Shown here in pieces: positions 1 to 13,232 of a DNA stretch of 55,132 nt. The notes below the pieces were generated by a model. The model searched no databases. It saw only the letters and a list, made by a program, of their open reading frames with translations, and was not told the DNA's origin. The DNA lies in NCBI GenBank assembly GCA_002104905.1, contig MCFE01000591.1, forward strand, positions 1 through 55,132, written 5' to 3'. The DNA is from Basidiobolus meristosporus CBS 931.73. Lineage: Eukaryota; Fungi; Basidiobolomycota. Position 1 is the first letter of the stretch. Each line of letters starts with the position of its first letter. The position numbers were made by a program, and so were the translations under genes.

Positions 1-3000
1 GGCTGCTACATGTAATGAAGATCAAAGATTGTATGCTTACTTTAAAGCCGCCTAGCCAGTATTTTTCTAGGTTCTCCAGTAGCAATTTCAGTTTTGTGTC
101 CAAGTCTTTTCTTTCCTCCCACCAAGCAAGTTTGTCTTCACGTGTCTCGTAGCGTCGGTCTTTGCTGGTGGTTTCATTGCTTGCGTGGAGGATGCCTTGA
201 AGCTGCTCCAATGCCTCCTCAAATGTAAAACTGCCTTTTTCACTTTCACGCATGAAATATCTTCCTAACGGCAACCTCAAGATAACAGGAGAATGATTGG
301 CTCTATATCGGACGATGTAAAGCATATCAGTCTCAAGGTCAACAGACATTGAGCATGCAGTCCACTCATCCGGCAAAACATTGATTATCTCTGTCTGGAA
401 TTCCTCAGGCTCTATCAAAAGCTCTCGCTCATAGTAGCCAAGAATCTCACTTTTGTAGTCGGTCTCGACACTGGCCGATTTCGGGTTGCGGTCCGTGGTC
501 GTATACGAATTGACGACTTCTTCAGGCCAGCCATAGGCGTCCACATCGGCCTGAGGGGAAAGGCGATTTCTCAGTAATGACAGGTATTCACGTCGAGCAG
601 TCACAGCCTTCGTCATTTCGAGGCAGAATGAACTTGCCAACGTCGAATTCAAAGAAGGAGCGTGTACTGATGGGTTTGAGTAGACTTTCAGTATGGACAA
701 AGCCGCTCTAGCCAAACATACGTCATGGATAACGTTGGGGATGGCGGAGTCGAAAGCCAGGCAATAGGCATTGTACAAATGCTCTTGTGCTTGATCAAAT
801 AATTTCCCAATATTGGCTACCGTAGTCTCTGTGCGCCCGCGTCTCTTGGGTGTTTTTTGGGAGGAGAATTCTAGCATGGGAAGCACAAGAACCGAATCTT
901 GCAGCATACGTAGAGTTTGGTGACTTGCAAGTAGAGTGAAGGCCTCTTGAATTTTGATTCTTGCTAGGTTCAGCTCGAATTCAGCTCTCTCGGGCTTCAG
1001 TTGATACCTGGTATCAACCAGCTCCATAATTTTCTCCCCCTCCTCAATGTCGCCGTTTTTGATAAACAGTCCACCCAAACGACAAGATAGCACCCCATGA
1101 AGATGCGATAGCATAGAGCACTCAAATTGAATTTTACTCTTCTTCAGTTGATCAGATCTGAGCAGCCCTGCGGGTAACGCGTCTATCATACGCTTCTCTC
1201 TAGGAGTTTGCCACTCCGGGAGAGAAGGTTCCTCAAGGTTTTTGATGAATTCTTCGTCCATAGAGGCAGTAATCTTTTCTTCCGCTTTCTCAAAGGATTC
1301 CAATGCCTCCTCGTATTCTTCTTGCCTCAAATTGAGTTCGCCTATGTTCAGGTAGGCCATTGCTTCATCCAGGTTCAGCACATCGTTTTTCATTTGAGTT
1401 TGATATTCGATAACTTGGTTCAATGCCTCTCTACTCTCTTGCCAAAGGTATTTTCGATAGGCAAGCTCAGCATCTGAAAGTAGGAATATATTCACTGCAC
1501 CATGGCTCCGAGTAGCTTGCGCAAGCTCTAAACCTCTACGGTTGAAGTACTCCGCCTCTTTAACCGAGCCTCTCATTTCATGCAATCGTGAAATATGGCT
1601 GAAGAGATCCAGTAAGTCCTTCACAATCTCCCATTGAGACGAAGCGCTCAAAAGACCGTGTAGCTCAGCATCGGTAGACTTCCTGCCATTAGGATCCACG
1701 TTAGTCGCTGTATCATCTACTGGATTTCTTTTAAGCTTATCCGCAGCCTTGGAGTAGCTATGCGCAATAGAGCTCAAAAATTGCAGCGCTTTAGTAGCAT
1801 CTGCAATGGCGGAATCAAGAGAACCCATTCGATGCATTATAACCGAGCGAATATAGTATGCTTTTCCGAGGATCTTCTTCGATACCCGCTTTCCACCAAC
1901 TTTTTTTGATTTCTCAACCCATTCTTCTCCACAGGCCCTGGCAGAGTTGAACGCACTCAGGCATTTCTCCTCATTTCCGATGGTGCACAAATAACGAGAG
2001 TAGCTCAAGAGCCACAAGAGCTTCACGTCCATTGAACACTCACCCGAATCCATCAAGGATTTGGCTTGAGACAACGCAAGCCCGGATTGCCCTGTATATC
2101 CTAGTCGCAGATAGGAATCTCCGATACCCATGTACGCCTTAACCGAGTCCTCCACGGCTTCAGAGCCATTCTTGCGGATGTTGTTCAGCTTCAGCATCAG
2201 CCTCAAGCACATGATCTGATATATATACTGTTCCAAAATGCCGAAATATTCTGTAAGCATATAAAGGTGTGCGTAAAGCGCTTCAACATCACCAAGCACC
2301 TCTTTGGCCTTGGCGAGACTATGAGCAGTGGCTTTGCCGCTCCCATACCAAGGGAGATCACTCATTAGTCGGTTCCATAGTTGCAAAGCCATTCTGAACG
2401 GCTTAGGGTCATACTCCTCGTTCTCAACGAGCAAGATCCCGCACCAAGAAAATGCAATCGCCAAATAGTTGTTCCTCAAGTAGTCAAGCTCGATGTCTTC
2501 TCCATTTGGTTCGTTTTTAAGCAACTCCAATGCTTCTTGGGAGTGCTTCAAAACCTCTTCTCGATTCATCTGAGAGAACCTGGAAATCTTGCACTTTTCA
2601 ATCAGTACTCTCGCTCGCCTAATTGGGAATTCTGGCGCTACATAGATGCCCAAAATATAGTCGATAATCTTGTGTCGGGGACTCTGAGTTGGATAGTGCG
2701 CTCCGTATATCTCCAGGAAATAGATCTCCTTCTCCATGACATATCCCAAATTGGACTTCTCAAGCGATTTGACCAGAGGAAGCTCGTAAAGTGGATGATA
2801 GGTCTGGTCTTGATCCTGAATACTAGCTTTGATATACCTGTTGATCACGGGACTTATCAAGGCCAGAAGGGACTGTGTCAGCTTGTCACTTTGCAATGGT
2901 TTGGCATCAATCTCAGGGATGTACACCAACGACTTGGCAAAGCATTCTCGGGCACTCTGGAAACGATTGCAATTAACGAGAATGAGCAGAGAGGCCATAT

Positions 3001-5468
3001 GCCACATAGTTCAGTAAAGCAATACCTTGAAGTCACCGACAGCCTGGTGACATATTCCAAGCACCTCATACCGTTTGTTGAGCTGCATCCAAAGATCGCT
3101 TTTGCTCTGAGGCTCCAAGCTGGAGACTTTCGCTAGAGCAAACTGCTCCAAAAGATGACAGGACTTGGAGAGATAAGAGATGGCGAGCTGGTAGCTTTGT
3201 TGTTTATACAACATTATCCCAAAGTTGTAACAAGAACTTGCTACCCATTTCACTCCTTCACGGGAATCCGTGGAGTTTCCCATATGGCTTGCTTTGTCTA
3301 ACAATCCCATGATCTTGCTGGTGTTTTCAACCGGACTGCTCTCAAAGGTCAATCGTGCTTGGAAAACCACCAAGTCCACAAGATTGAGACCTACTTTGTC
3401 TAGATCAGGTTGGGTCATCCTGGTAATGCTCTAGAATTTTTGTAAATACGCATGGTCAACACATGAGTTTCTTAGACTCTCCTTACATATACGCCGTCTG
3501 GAGAACAGGCCCTATGCGCTATGTCTATCGCTACAAACAAAACCGCCTGAGATTTGGAGACGATTGAAGCCCAAAACTTACGCGAGTCGGCAGGCGCATT
3601 CTTTTGCTTCTCGAGACAGGCTGAATGGGACTTCCTGTACAGATCAGTAGAACGCAGAAATCGTTTGACTTCGTTGACATCGGATGTGGATTTTTCTTCA
3701 GGAGCACTGCCTAAATCCGAAAGAGCGCTTTTCAGTGCATGGTGGATTTTGTCGAGAAACGAGATTGGATCATCGGATTCTTTGGCGTTATCTAGAGTTT
3801 AGATGGGTTAATGATACGATAGTCGAGGAAGAATCAGCCGAGCTGAAGCAGTTACCGGAAATGAGAGTTTGCAGAATCGCAGTGGCCGAACTCAGCTTAA
3901 TGGTCACACCTTTTAGACCGTTTTCGGAAGCAGAGCCCTGACTAGTCGGACTGGGTTGATTTGAGTCTCCAGTCAGCTTGTGTGCAGTTTTCACGCTGTC
4001 CAGGTCGTTAAGCTGGCAGGTTGATGAGTATCCGGATGCAAAACAAGCCAGCATAAATACATTAGCACTACCTTCTTAGCAACATGGACATAATATTCAC
4101 TGAACGTCGATAACTTGGGGGCATCCTCGCTATTCCGGATATTCATGTCAAGCATGTTCCCCATCTGCTTGAAATAGAGCAATAGATTCTGATATTTCGA
4201 TTCGTCTAAGAAAAGTGGTGTTCAGCCAAGATCCATGCCGTAGCAGGCCCATGCGTATAACATTGCGTTACCTTTAAGGGCGCCCTTCTCATATGTTATA
4301 GCGGTTTTAACCACTAGATCACAAAACTCGTTGACATTGAATAGGCCAGACTCGCGGAAGAATCTCATTGACAGTGACCGAAGTTTAAAGCTCAGAAGCC
4401 CTAAGAAACCCCAATAAATACTCATTCTCAACGATGTATGCCAAGCTCAGATACCATTTTCCGAATTGACTTTGGCGGCAACTCGCTGAAGTATCCGGAA
4501 CATCAGCTCAGTCTGCTTGCTAGTATCCTCTGGACTCACGGACTTGAGTTTCATGCACCAATCAAAGGCGTTTCCGTCTTGCCGACTCAAGTTTTCCAAG
4601 TATGCCTGGGATTATCAGCATTAGCTCGGCCTACCACCAATGTAGGGTTACAACATACCTTTGCAAAGCCAAGGTGGTCAATTTCGTACAGACATCGAAT
4701 CAAATTCAGCTGACAGGTAAGAATTAACAAAATCAATTCGCGATCGCTGCACCCGTCACTCGGCGGAAAATTGAAGCATTCGGCATATTGTAATATCGTA
4801 GCTTCATTGCTCGGTTCAGGAGAATCCTTGGTCTTTCTGGTCGAACTCCTAACTGTCCGTACTCGGGTATTTGCGTTGGATTTTCCTCTTGTGGCGGGGT
4901 TTCCTGCTCGCTTCCTGGTTGTTGGATTGCTCTGGTAGAAGGCTAACAGCTGATCACGAAATCCCCGCAATTCCTCCAGCCCTTGTGGAAACTGGTAAAT
5001 CGTTAGTATCTAAATGGTCCGGTGGTACAGGCCAGGAGAGTTTACCCTTCGGAAATCAACCAGCAGTGTGATCAGATTTGAGGTGGCTTTCTCGAGCTCG
5101 AAAGGTTTTATGTTTAAATGTTCCCGCATTTTGTCAAGAGCTTCTATAGCACAGAAAGAGCTGTCAAAAAGGCATTGGATAACCTCTGCCAGTTCAGTAT
5201 CAGTGGCTTGACTCCTCTTTATCGTGTTCAGCTTGGAGGTGTTTTGATTAATGACCCGCATGGCAAACGGGCCATACTTTACTGCGTGCGCTTTAATATC
5301 AAATGCAACCTCCTTTTTCTCTACTTTCCGAGCACGCGAGGGCTTTGGGGCTACTGTAGCGAAGGGTAGTAGCAATAGATTTCGTATTTGTTGGTTCAAC
5401 TCTGTGTTACATAACTTGAAGTCGGATAGTGTGGTGAGGAGTTGGGTGGTCGAATCGGTCTCTAGCAT
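1..5468 (-). CDS. ESP1: Separase (caspase-like C50 protease), multi-exon; 3' end runs off the left edge of the window
   Basis: Minus-strand translation near positions 50-130 reads WWEERKDLDTKLKLLLENLEKYWLGGFK followed by a GTAAGC donor. This matches the start of the separase C50 domain. A long helical N-terminal region is covered by ORFs 5010-5468, 4587-4970, 3788-4054 and 3011-3418. The catalytic His/Cys lie outside the window. Confidence 0.9.
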
Positions 5469-5788
5469 ATATACGGAGTTGGTGCAAGTCGACTTGTGTG
5501 GATTTTCTCCAACAAATGCAAATAGTGGCCTTCAGCTTTGCCACCTGAGGATTGTTTTGTTTTTGCTAGATTTATCCATGATCATTACACCGTTGCGGTG
5601 TTTGTTTATTTCATGCCTCAGCAGATGGTCCGAACAAATGGCTCAAGCACATCGCAGTTAATCAATTAATTGATCACCCGGTAATTGGTGGCTACCACGA
5701 AAATCCTTTTTTTTTTGATTCCTTCGTTCATACCAAATGTACGCCTGGAGAAAGGAATCTGCAAGCTCGTCTTCACCTCGACAACGAT

Positions 5789-6698
5789 ATGTTTATATTA
5801 TCCGTATTTAAAGATACGGTTAAAATAGTTCCTCAAAACTTTCGCAAGAGTAAGAACGATGCCTTAGCCGACGAAATCAACAAAAAATACGCAAACAAGG
5901 TTTGCTTTTCTTTGTGGAATGGAGGGCCGGTCTGGCTGGTTGCTTATTGTTTTTCTGCAGGTTGTTCATGATGTCGGTCTGTGCATTTCTCTGCACGACA
6001 TTCTTGAGGCTAGTGAGGGCTTTATCCATCACAGCGATGGCTGTAGCTATGTCAAAGGTATGTTCTACTCTCTGCCGGTGCTCTGCAACCCACTAAATTC
6101 TGGTTACCATGCTAGTCAAGTTTAGATTGATTGTGTTTAGACCCTTCATTGGTGAAGTGATCACAGGAAAGATTCGTAGCAGTAGTTCTGAAGGAGTTCG
6201 GGGTTAGTGATGTCCTGGAGTTACTCTGATAAACCTTCGAGCAATGTATTCACTTTGGCGAGTTTAGTGTCCCTCGGCTTCTTTGACGATATCCTCATTC
6301 CTCCGGCCCTTCTGCAAGAAAGTACCGAGTTGTGAGTATACCACCTCTGAGGCCAAGTTTACTGAGTAGGAAGCTAAATTCAGCATTTACAGTGATCAAA
6401 ACGAGCAAGTCTGGGTATGGCGTTTCGATGGAAACGAGCTCTTTATGGACATAGACGAAACGATCAGACTTCGTGTTATCGACGAAATGTTTGTTGATGC
6501 TACACCCATCCCAGATGCCAAGAACAAGCTCAAGAGCAACGAGGCAGCCGAGTCCAAACCTGTAGAGCCACCCTACTCGCTTCTGGTAAGCGTTAACACG
6601 GGCTATATGAATGTATATGCATATGTAATATTAACCCCATTGCTTAGTGCTCGATACAAGAGGATGGCCTTGGACTGGTTTCCTGGTGGGGTGGCTAA
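5789..6698 (+). CDS. RPC25: RNA polymerase III subunit RPC25/RPC8 (Rpb7-like), about 6 exons
   Basis: Spliced segments MFILSVFKDTVKIVP..INKKYANKV, GLCISLHDI, FRLIVFRPFIGEVITGKI, LGFFDDILIP, WVWRFDGNELFMDIDETIRLRV and SIQEDGLGLVSWW are joined by GT-AG introns. Confidence 0.93.
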
Positions 6699-6829
6699 TA
6701 ACATGGCCAGTCCCTGGTTCTTTCACTCTAAATAGATCTTTTCAACCCAACGCAGTACAAATAAAGAATAAATTAATGAGAAACACGACGGATGTTAGAA
6801 ATGGTTATTATTCGAGGAGAACGGTGAAT

Positions 6830-8314
6830 CTAGGGGAGAAGAATCTTGCTCTCACACACGTATTCCATATTCTTGTCTAGTGCCCTTTTGGCGAGTCGGA
6901 TTTCCGATAGTTTGACGGTTCCAAAGTTGGTCTCGCCCAACTCCCGCATGATGGAGGTGGAGTCGAAGGCTGTGCGCTCGCCCGTGGATGCGTATTTAGA
7001 GTTGATCAAGGTGGCATGGATCTGGGGGAATTGGCGCATTAGCCAAGAGCAACATCAGACGCTGACACACTTACCTTGAAAGTCTGGTGGGTGTCTCGGA
7101 GATACCCAGCCTCCTTGAATCGCATTCTCAAGAGATCTACATGGAAGGGAGGTTGTTATCGCCCGAACCAACCAATGATAGAAGATCTGTAGACTTGCCG
7201 ATTAGTCCCATTAATCTTCCGTCCGCCTCCGATTCCTCGACGCGTGCATACAGCACATTTGTATTCACTGAGGAACAAACATGTCAGTTAGAGATCAAAC
7301 AAATCGGCACCACGGCATACCTGTATTCTCGTCCATAATAGACAGGCCGGCTAATTTGATCAACAGCGGCTTCGCTTGTACACAGTCATGAACATTCGCC
7401 AGTAGCTCGTTCAGTAATTTCCCGGCTGCTGATACGTCTTCTGTGCTATTCAAGCGAAGCATTCCGATTGTGATGTGCAAAGAGTTCACATGAGAAAGCA
7501 TCCGTGGATCGAAGCCGCTGGGTCTCAGGCCTTTGACCTGATCACAAAACTCGTTCACCTTTTTGTGGAAGTAGGTGTCTGCCAGCGAGAACATTAAGAA
7601 ATGGGTCGGTGGCAAGTTGTTGAGGGCCTTAAAAAGTGGGTGAGAAGTGCGACGGTGGTGAGAAGGCTTGTTTAGGGTAAAACCTCTTCCACAACTTCTT
7701 CTATGCGCTGCTTTGCCTGAGTGACCGATTCAGCAGTTCCGGTGATGGCTGGAGCACAGAACACGCATTAGTCAATAGCTCTTTCCTCACTATCTCCCCT
7801 TGATGTTCAACCAAAATCTAATAACCTACTTATCAAATCGCTGGGGTCCTCCAACTTTGGCACCAGAATCTTTGCCCCCGTTTCGCTGCGGAGCTTAATC
7901 AAGTTTGCACCACGCTTTCCTACGTCGGGTTAGAGACACTGGTTACGACGGTGTGCCAAACGAACGGGATCTACATGGTGTACCTATCAATAAACCAAGA
8001 GCAGCTTTTGGCACTTGGACTGTTGACGTTTCAAAATTAAGTTCCTCCAAAATGGTTTTTCCTGTAGTAGCATTTCGAGCGCATTAATACTGTTCGTTTG
8101 CACATTTATTATAAGCAATTTCACCTGACGCTGGTGTGGAATCCTTTCTATTCGTTGTGCCTGTTGTACCAGAATGAGCAGTGGGTAAATAGATATTCTA
8201 GTGATCACGGAGATTCCACATACTTTCAAAGCCAGAAGTCCGCACCCGATAGGTTTTGGTACCTACAGGTATCAGACTAAAGTCTTGCATACAACTAGGT
8301 GTACTGTTTGCCAT
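6830..8314 (-). CDS. ASCC1: ASCC1-like protein (KH domain plus 2H-phosphoesterase/AKAP7-like domain), multi-exon; start codon uncertain
   Basis: KH GxxG loop (VPKAALGLLIG|KRGANLIKLRSETGAKI), PPTHFL, and two HxT motifs (LHITI, IHATL). Confidence 0.8.
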
Positions 8315-8727
8315 ATGGACAGGAACGAGACGTGCCACTCCATATCGCTTGGAAATTTAAGCACAATTTCCAGATTGTTGATAAGCAACTCATCTACACC
8401 AATCTCGTGGATCTCAGGATGGGGTAAGTGACACTAGCTAGGTGACACTAATTTGGCATATATGGAACCACCTACATTTAGCAACCCTGATGAGCTTAAA
8501 GATGGGAAGGTGGATTCGAAAATGGCGGCTGACTCGCGAAATATGCAGGAGGACTCTCTTTTGATGGAAGTCAGTCCAAGTATCTTCCAAATATGAATGT
8601 CGAAATGAGCTTCTCCACGCTCCTGATTAACCTTAAACCTGATTCAACCGAATAAACAAATGAATCTCTACGCTGGGCGGCGATATATAAGCCTAGCTTC
8701 TACCCTTTCAACAGATATCTCGCCATC

Positions 8728-9627
8728 ATGGATTCTCCATATGTCCAACCAAGCACTGCTCAGAGTGCCCATCTAGATATCAAGGCCATCCTGCACGGAG
8801 AATATTTTCCGATCTGGGGGATGCTCCGTTCAAGATATCGGTGCTATCTGGCGGAATTCTTCAGCACTGCCATTCTGGTGTTTCTAGGCCTGTCAGTCGT
8901 TACACAGGTTCATGTCAACATGAAAGGGGCTGCTGGATCGTGGCTAAGCATCAATGTGGGGTTTGGATTTGCCTTCAGCATCGCTATTTATGCTAATGCT
9001 GGAATATCCGGTGCTCACCTGAATCCAGCCCTGACGTTGGCCCTCTGGCTCCTCAAGGGATTTCCTCTGCGAAAGGTACCCGGATACATCATCTCTCAGC
9101 TGCTGGGCGCTTTTGCCGGTGCAGCATTGGTTTACAGCATATTCTACCCAGCAATAGATGAGTTTGATGGTGGTGTGCGTCAGGTCACAGGTGCCCTGGG
9201 ATCCGCAGGCTTCTTTGCCACATATCCGCTGGATTTTCTCAGCAACGGTAATGCGGTGTACACCGAGATATTGTCCACTTGTGTTTTGGTCATGGCTGTG
9301 TTTGCTGTGGAGGATATGAAGCGACACAACTTGGTTGAGTTCGCCCCCATCTTCCTTGGCCTCACATTGATGGTGATTGGCATTAGTACGGGGTATTTGA
9401 CCGGTTACGCGCTGAACCCGGCCAGAGATCTTGGGCCCCGGCTATTTCTACTGGTCGCAGGATGGGGGAAGGAGAGCTTTACAGCATACAACTATTATTT
9501 CTGGGTGCCTATTGTCGGCCCCATCGTGGGTGGCACCCTGGGAGGAATCATGTACTCATTTTTCATTTATTGCGGACCACATAACAAAACTGATGAAAAA
9601 GCGGCGCCTTCGCTTGAATATGAATAA
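8728..9627 (+). CDS. Aquaglyceroporin (MIP family, GlpF/AQP3-like), intronless, paralog 1
   Basis: 299-aa ORF with ISGAHLNPA, GYALNPARDLGPR, AGFFATYP and six hydrophobic helices. Confidence 0.95.
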   Translation: MDSPYVQPSTAQSAHLDIKAILHGEYFPIWGMLRSRYRCYLAEFFSTAILVFLGLSVVTQVHVNMKGAAGSWLSINVGFGFAFSIAIYANAGISGAHLNPALTLALWLLKGFPLRKVPGYIISQLLGAFAGAALVYSIFYPAIDEFDGGVRQVTGALGSAGFFATYPLDFLSNGNAVYTEILSTCVLVMAVFAVEDMKRHNLVEFAPIFLGLTLMVIGISTGYLTGYALNPARDLGPRLFLLVAGWGKESFTAYNYYFWVPIVGPIVGGTLGGIMYSFFIYCGPHNKTDEKAAPSLEYE

Positions 9628-10054
9628 CATTTCACTATAGCCTACATAGGTTTAATTGCCCGCTTTTTGGATAAAAGAGTGAATAAACTCAGATTAATAC
9701 GAACCTCAGTTGTCGAAATTCATCTTCCCCAGAGCCAACATCATTCTATGCCATAGCGATCAATGCACTACACGCAAACGCGGGGTAGACTACCCACATG
9801 GATAAACTTCACGCATGCCTCCTTAACGAACTAACGTGATTTACATTTTCAAAACAGAAAGGCAATTCTGCCATATACCGCCATGCCCCCTGAAATCGTT
9901 TTGACGACAAACACAGTTGCTCCCGCCATGTCGTTATTCTAGTTCGCTGGAGATGAAACCGACAAATTGAATCCCCTCTCCCTTGTTCCGAAGAGTCGCC
10001 TATAAATTGATGCTGCTACCAGTTGGGCATCCCTCAAGGTATCCCATTTTGACG

Positions 10055-11107
10055 ATGGTTACTATATCAGAAGCTAGCGAAAAAGTGATCGAGATTCCTG
10101 AATCTGATGGCACCCCCAGGACCTTGATAACCAGTCGCTCCATTGCAATGAACACCCCGCGAATCTCCGAAATGTCCGATGGCACGGTTCTTAGCGAAGT
10201 AACCCCGCTGACCGCCATCATCCAAGGAAGGAAGTTCCCCATTATCTACCGCTTCCGCCAGAATTATGCTCCTTACCTCGCCGAATTCCTTGGTACCTTG
10301 GTATTGGTGTTTGTTGGACTGTCGGTGGTAAACCAAGTGTTGCTAAACTACTCGCAAGTTGCTGGCTCCTGGTTAAGCGTGAACATTGGTTGGGGATTCT
10401 CCTTAAGTATAGCTATTTATGTGAATTCAGGCGTGTCGGTAAGAGTCGTTCCAGCGCAGGCTGAATATCTCGCTTGTTCATATGCTGACCAAGGTGACCT
10501 TTCCTCTTAGGGCGCTCACTTGAATCCTGCAGTCACTCTAGCGTTCGCGGCTTTCAAGAAATTCCCACTTCGTCGGGTTCCTGGCTACATCTTCAGCCAG
10601 GTTCTGGGCGCATTCGTGGCCGCCTGTCTGGTGTACAGCGTCTTTTATCCCATGCTGGACCAGTTCGACGGTGGGGTTCGTCAAGTTTCCGGACCCAAAT
10701 CGACAGCAGGTTTCTTCGCCACCTACCCACAGGAATACCTGCGAAACGGGAATGCGTTCTACACCGAGCTACTGTCCACTGCGATACTAGTGATGGGAAT
10801 ATTTGCCTCACAGGAATTCCAAGTGGCGGATCTGGCCGAGTTTGCCCCTATTTTCTTGGGAGTGCTACTGATGACCATTGGGATTTGTACTGGCTATCTG
10901 ACTAGTTACTCGCTTAACCCGGCCAGGGATTTAGGACCCAGAATATTCACCTCCATCGCTGGTTGGGGGAGAGGTGTATGGACTGAGCATGACTACTATT
11001 TTTGGGTGCCGCTTGCTGGTCCCATAGTGGGGGCGCTATTGGGCGGAATCCTGTACGAACTCTTCATTTGTACTAAAACACCGAACACTGCTCGGACGAG
11101 GAAATAG
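10055..11107 (+). CDS. Aquaglyceroporin (MIP family), paralog 2, one intron at 10439-10510
   Basis: YLAEFLGT, VSG|AHLNPA across a GT-AG intron, and SYSLNPARDLGPR. Clearly homologous to 8728-9627. The start is taken at the first in-frame ATG (10055). Confidence 0.93.
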
Positions 11108-11331
11108 CTTGATTGACTGTACGACAGCATCAACCAACGCCCTTTCTTAATCACAATATAAATAATAAAGCATCAATTGATTTTCCCCATATTATGATGG
11201 ATGCCCCGCTATATATCTGAACACACAAACAAGCTGGCGCGAACATTTTGATTTTGATTTGAAGTAGTTACTATACATACATATATATATAAATTGGCCT
11301 GTGAAGTGGGGTATCTGAAGCGATCTATTCG

Positions 11332-12201
11332 TTAGTAGAGAAGGTTTCTCTTGGGTTGGTAGAAGGGCAGGCTCTCGGATATGTTCCACTCTTCCCACCG
11401 CAAATCAAGCCCATCCATCCATACTATCCAGGGCACTAGATGCCGGTTGACTATCTCTGGGGTAAAGGCGATCCGCTGGTACTCATCGTTGTGACTACAC
11501 TCCAGCAACTCTATGCCGCAGTGGAACTTGGAGAACATGGCGATCCGTACCAGGAAGAAATAGATCGAGTACATCGCATAGGTGATGAACAACGAGAGTA
11601 TGACGTCCACCGTGTAGTGAAGCCGAGAGGCCACGATGGTGACTAGGCCGACAAGCGCGTGGATTTGAACGTAGGTGTTGATAGGCTTATTCGGGCAGTA
11701 GATTTTCCATAGCATGATGCATGAGGTTAGCATCATCGTGTGTCCAGAATAGATGTTGTCTGTGCAAGCTTTGTCAATGCCAAAGATCATCCGACCACCA
11801 ATCCGGAGCATCTCTGGAATATCTTTGCCAACCACTGGCTGGCATTCTTTCGTTGGGGGAAGCGTGGTGGAGATGAAGGTGAAGGCGCGGAAGAGGTACA
11901 GACACCCGGAAATCCAGAAGATCCGCCTCCAAAAGATCATCTTCTGGGCCATCGTTTTGGAGGATATCGTCAGGCAAACCATGGTCGAGACAAACAGGGA
12001 AAGAACCAAAAAGTCCGGGATGTCGAACGAGTTCAATCGGGGAAGGTATTCGAAGCCCCCGTCTCTGAGAGGCGTCTTGGTCTCCGACCCTAACCAACGC
12101 CAGTCCGATATCTGTTGAAAAGTCACCATGATGCAGACCACGACCTGAAGAAAAACATAGGCGTAAACGAATCTTGCCACTTCGCCGTTGGGGAGTGCCA
12201 T
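11332..12201 (-). CDS. Sphingomyelin synthase-like phosphosphingolipid synthase (PAP2_C domain), intronless
   Basis: SMS-type motifs: PLRDGGFEYLP (D1-like), CTDNIYSGHT (D3) and SRLHYTVDV (D4), with multiple TM segments. Confidence 0.85.
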   Translation of the reverse strand: MALPNGEVARFVYAYVFLQVVVCIMVTFQQISDWRWLGSETKTPLRDGGFEYLPRLNSFDIPDFLVLSLFVSTMVCLTISSKTMAQKMIFWRRIFWISGCLYLFRAFTFISTTLPPTKECQPVVGKDIPEMLRIGGRMIFGIDKACTDNIYSGHTMMLTSCIMLWKIYCPNKPINTYVQIHALVGLVTIVASRLHYTVDVILSLFITYAMYSIYFFLVRIAMFSKFHCGIELLECSHNDEYQRIAFTPEIVNRHLVPWIVWMDGLDLRWEEWNISESLPFYQPKRNLLY

Positions 12202-13232
12202 GATGGGGGTATGTGAAGGCTACGAGGGTATGTGAGGATTACAAGGGAATCTTGGAGTGCTCTCAGAGCACGTCTACTGAGGATGAGACGGATGGGAAGG
12301 AAGGGTGGTGGGCAATATATCAGAAATCTCCTCAAGAAAATGTGGGAAATGCAGATGCCAGTGGGGTGGGGTGAGGTATGAGATAAAACTGGAACCCAGG
12401 TAAGCTGACGAGTTAACCAGTTGTAGTATTCGCCTTCCTTACAACAAAACCTAAAATCCACCAATAAACAAGTCGGGCTCCTGGTTGTTGCTAAATAAGG
12501 AGAATTGGAATTACGATGGATGGACTGAGTTACGGAATGTTTCACGGTGAACATGAACAGTGGGGCCTCATTGGACAAGGGCGCTGACATCAAGACGTGA
12601 TGCCGATGTAAATAATATTTGGGGTCATACATTTGAAGGCAAGCAACAGGCAAGCAACAGTCCACACAGTCACATCACTTATTTCTATTGATGATTCAGC
12701 CAGTGTCCCAAACCTTAGGGTTGTTGCTTGTGCCACGCATGACAAGGGTTAGGGCTGATGTAGATGTGGTTGTGTATATGGATCCAGCCATGCGATAGAT
12801 AAGGTCCTCTGGCTAATCATGATTGGAGGGGGTTTAAACCATGGTGTCCCTCGTTCTCTGCGAGATGGTTAGATTAAATCTGCTGGATGCGTCGTGGGAA
12901 TTTGCTCGAACCTTCATAGCCGCTGTTGGTGCTTGGTAGCTAGTGTTAGCGCCTGACAGCTTTTTGTTGGATACGTCATTTTGCCTCGCATATGCTGAAG
13001 CATATATATACTACTGCGCATGGAGATGAAGTCCGCGTTTGTGACTCTAAATATTGCTACGATGGGGATTGCCATCAATTGATGACTGCTATTTCGAACC
13101 AAATGAATCCTGGTATTTTTGAATACGTCATTAGGATTTGTGATTCCCTTGGCTAAACTACCTTCGATTAGCCTTCACAACACGTATAACCAACACTTGT
13201 ATCTGCTCCCCTCGAAGCCTACCGAAACAACC

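Noticed and set aside
12710-12760. TTAGGG-like hexamers suggesting interstitial telomere repeats
   Set aside because: Only isolated, non-tandem copies.
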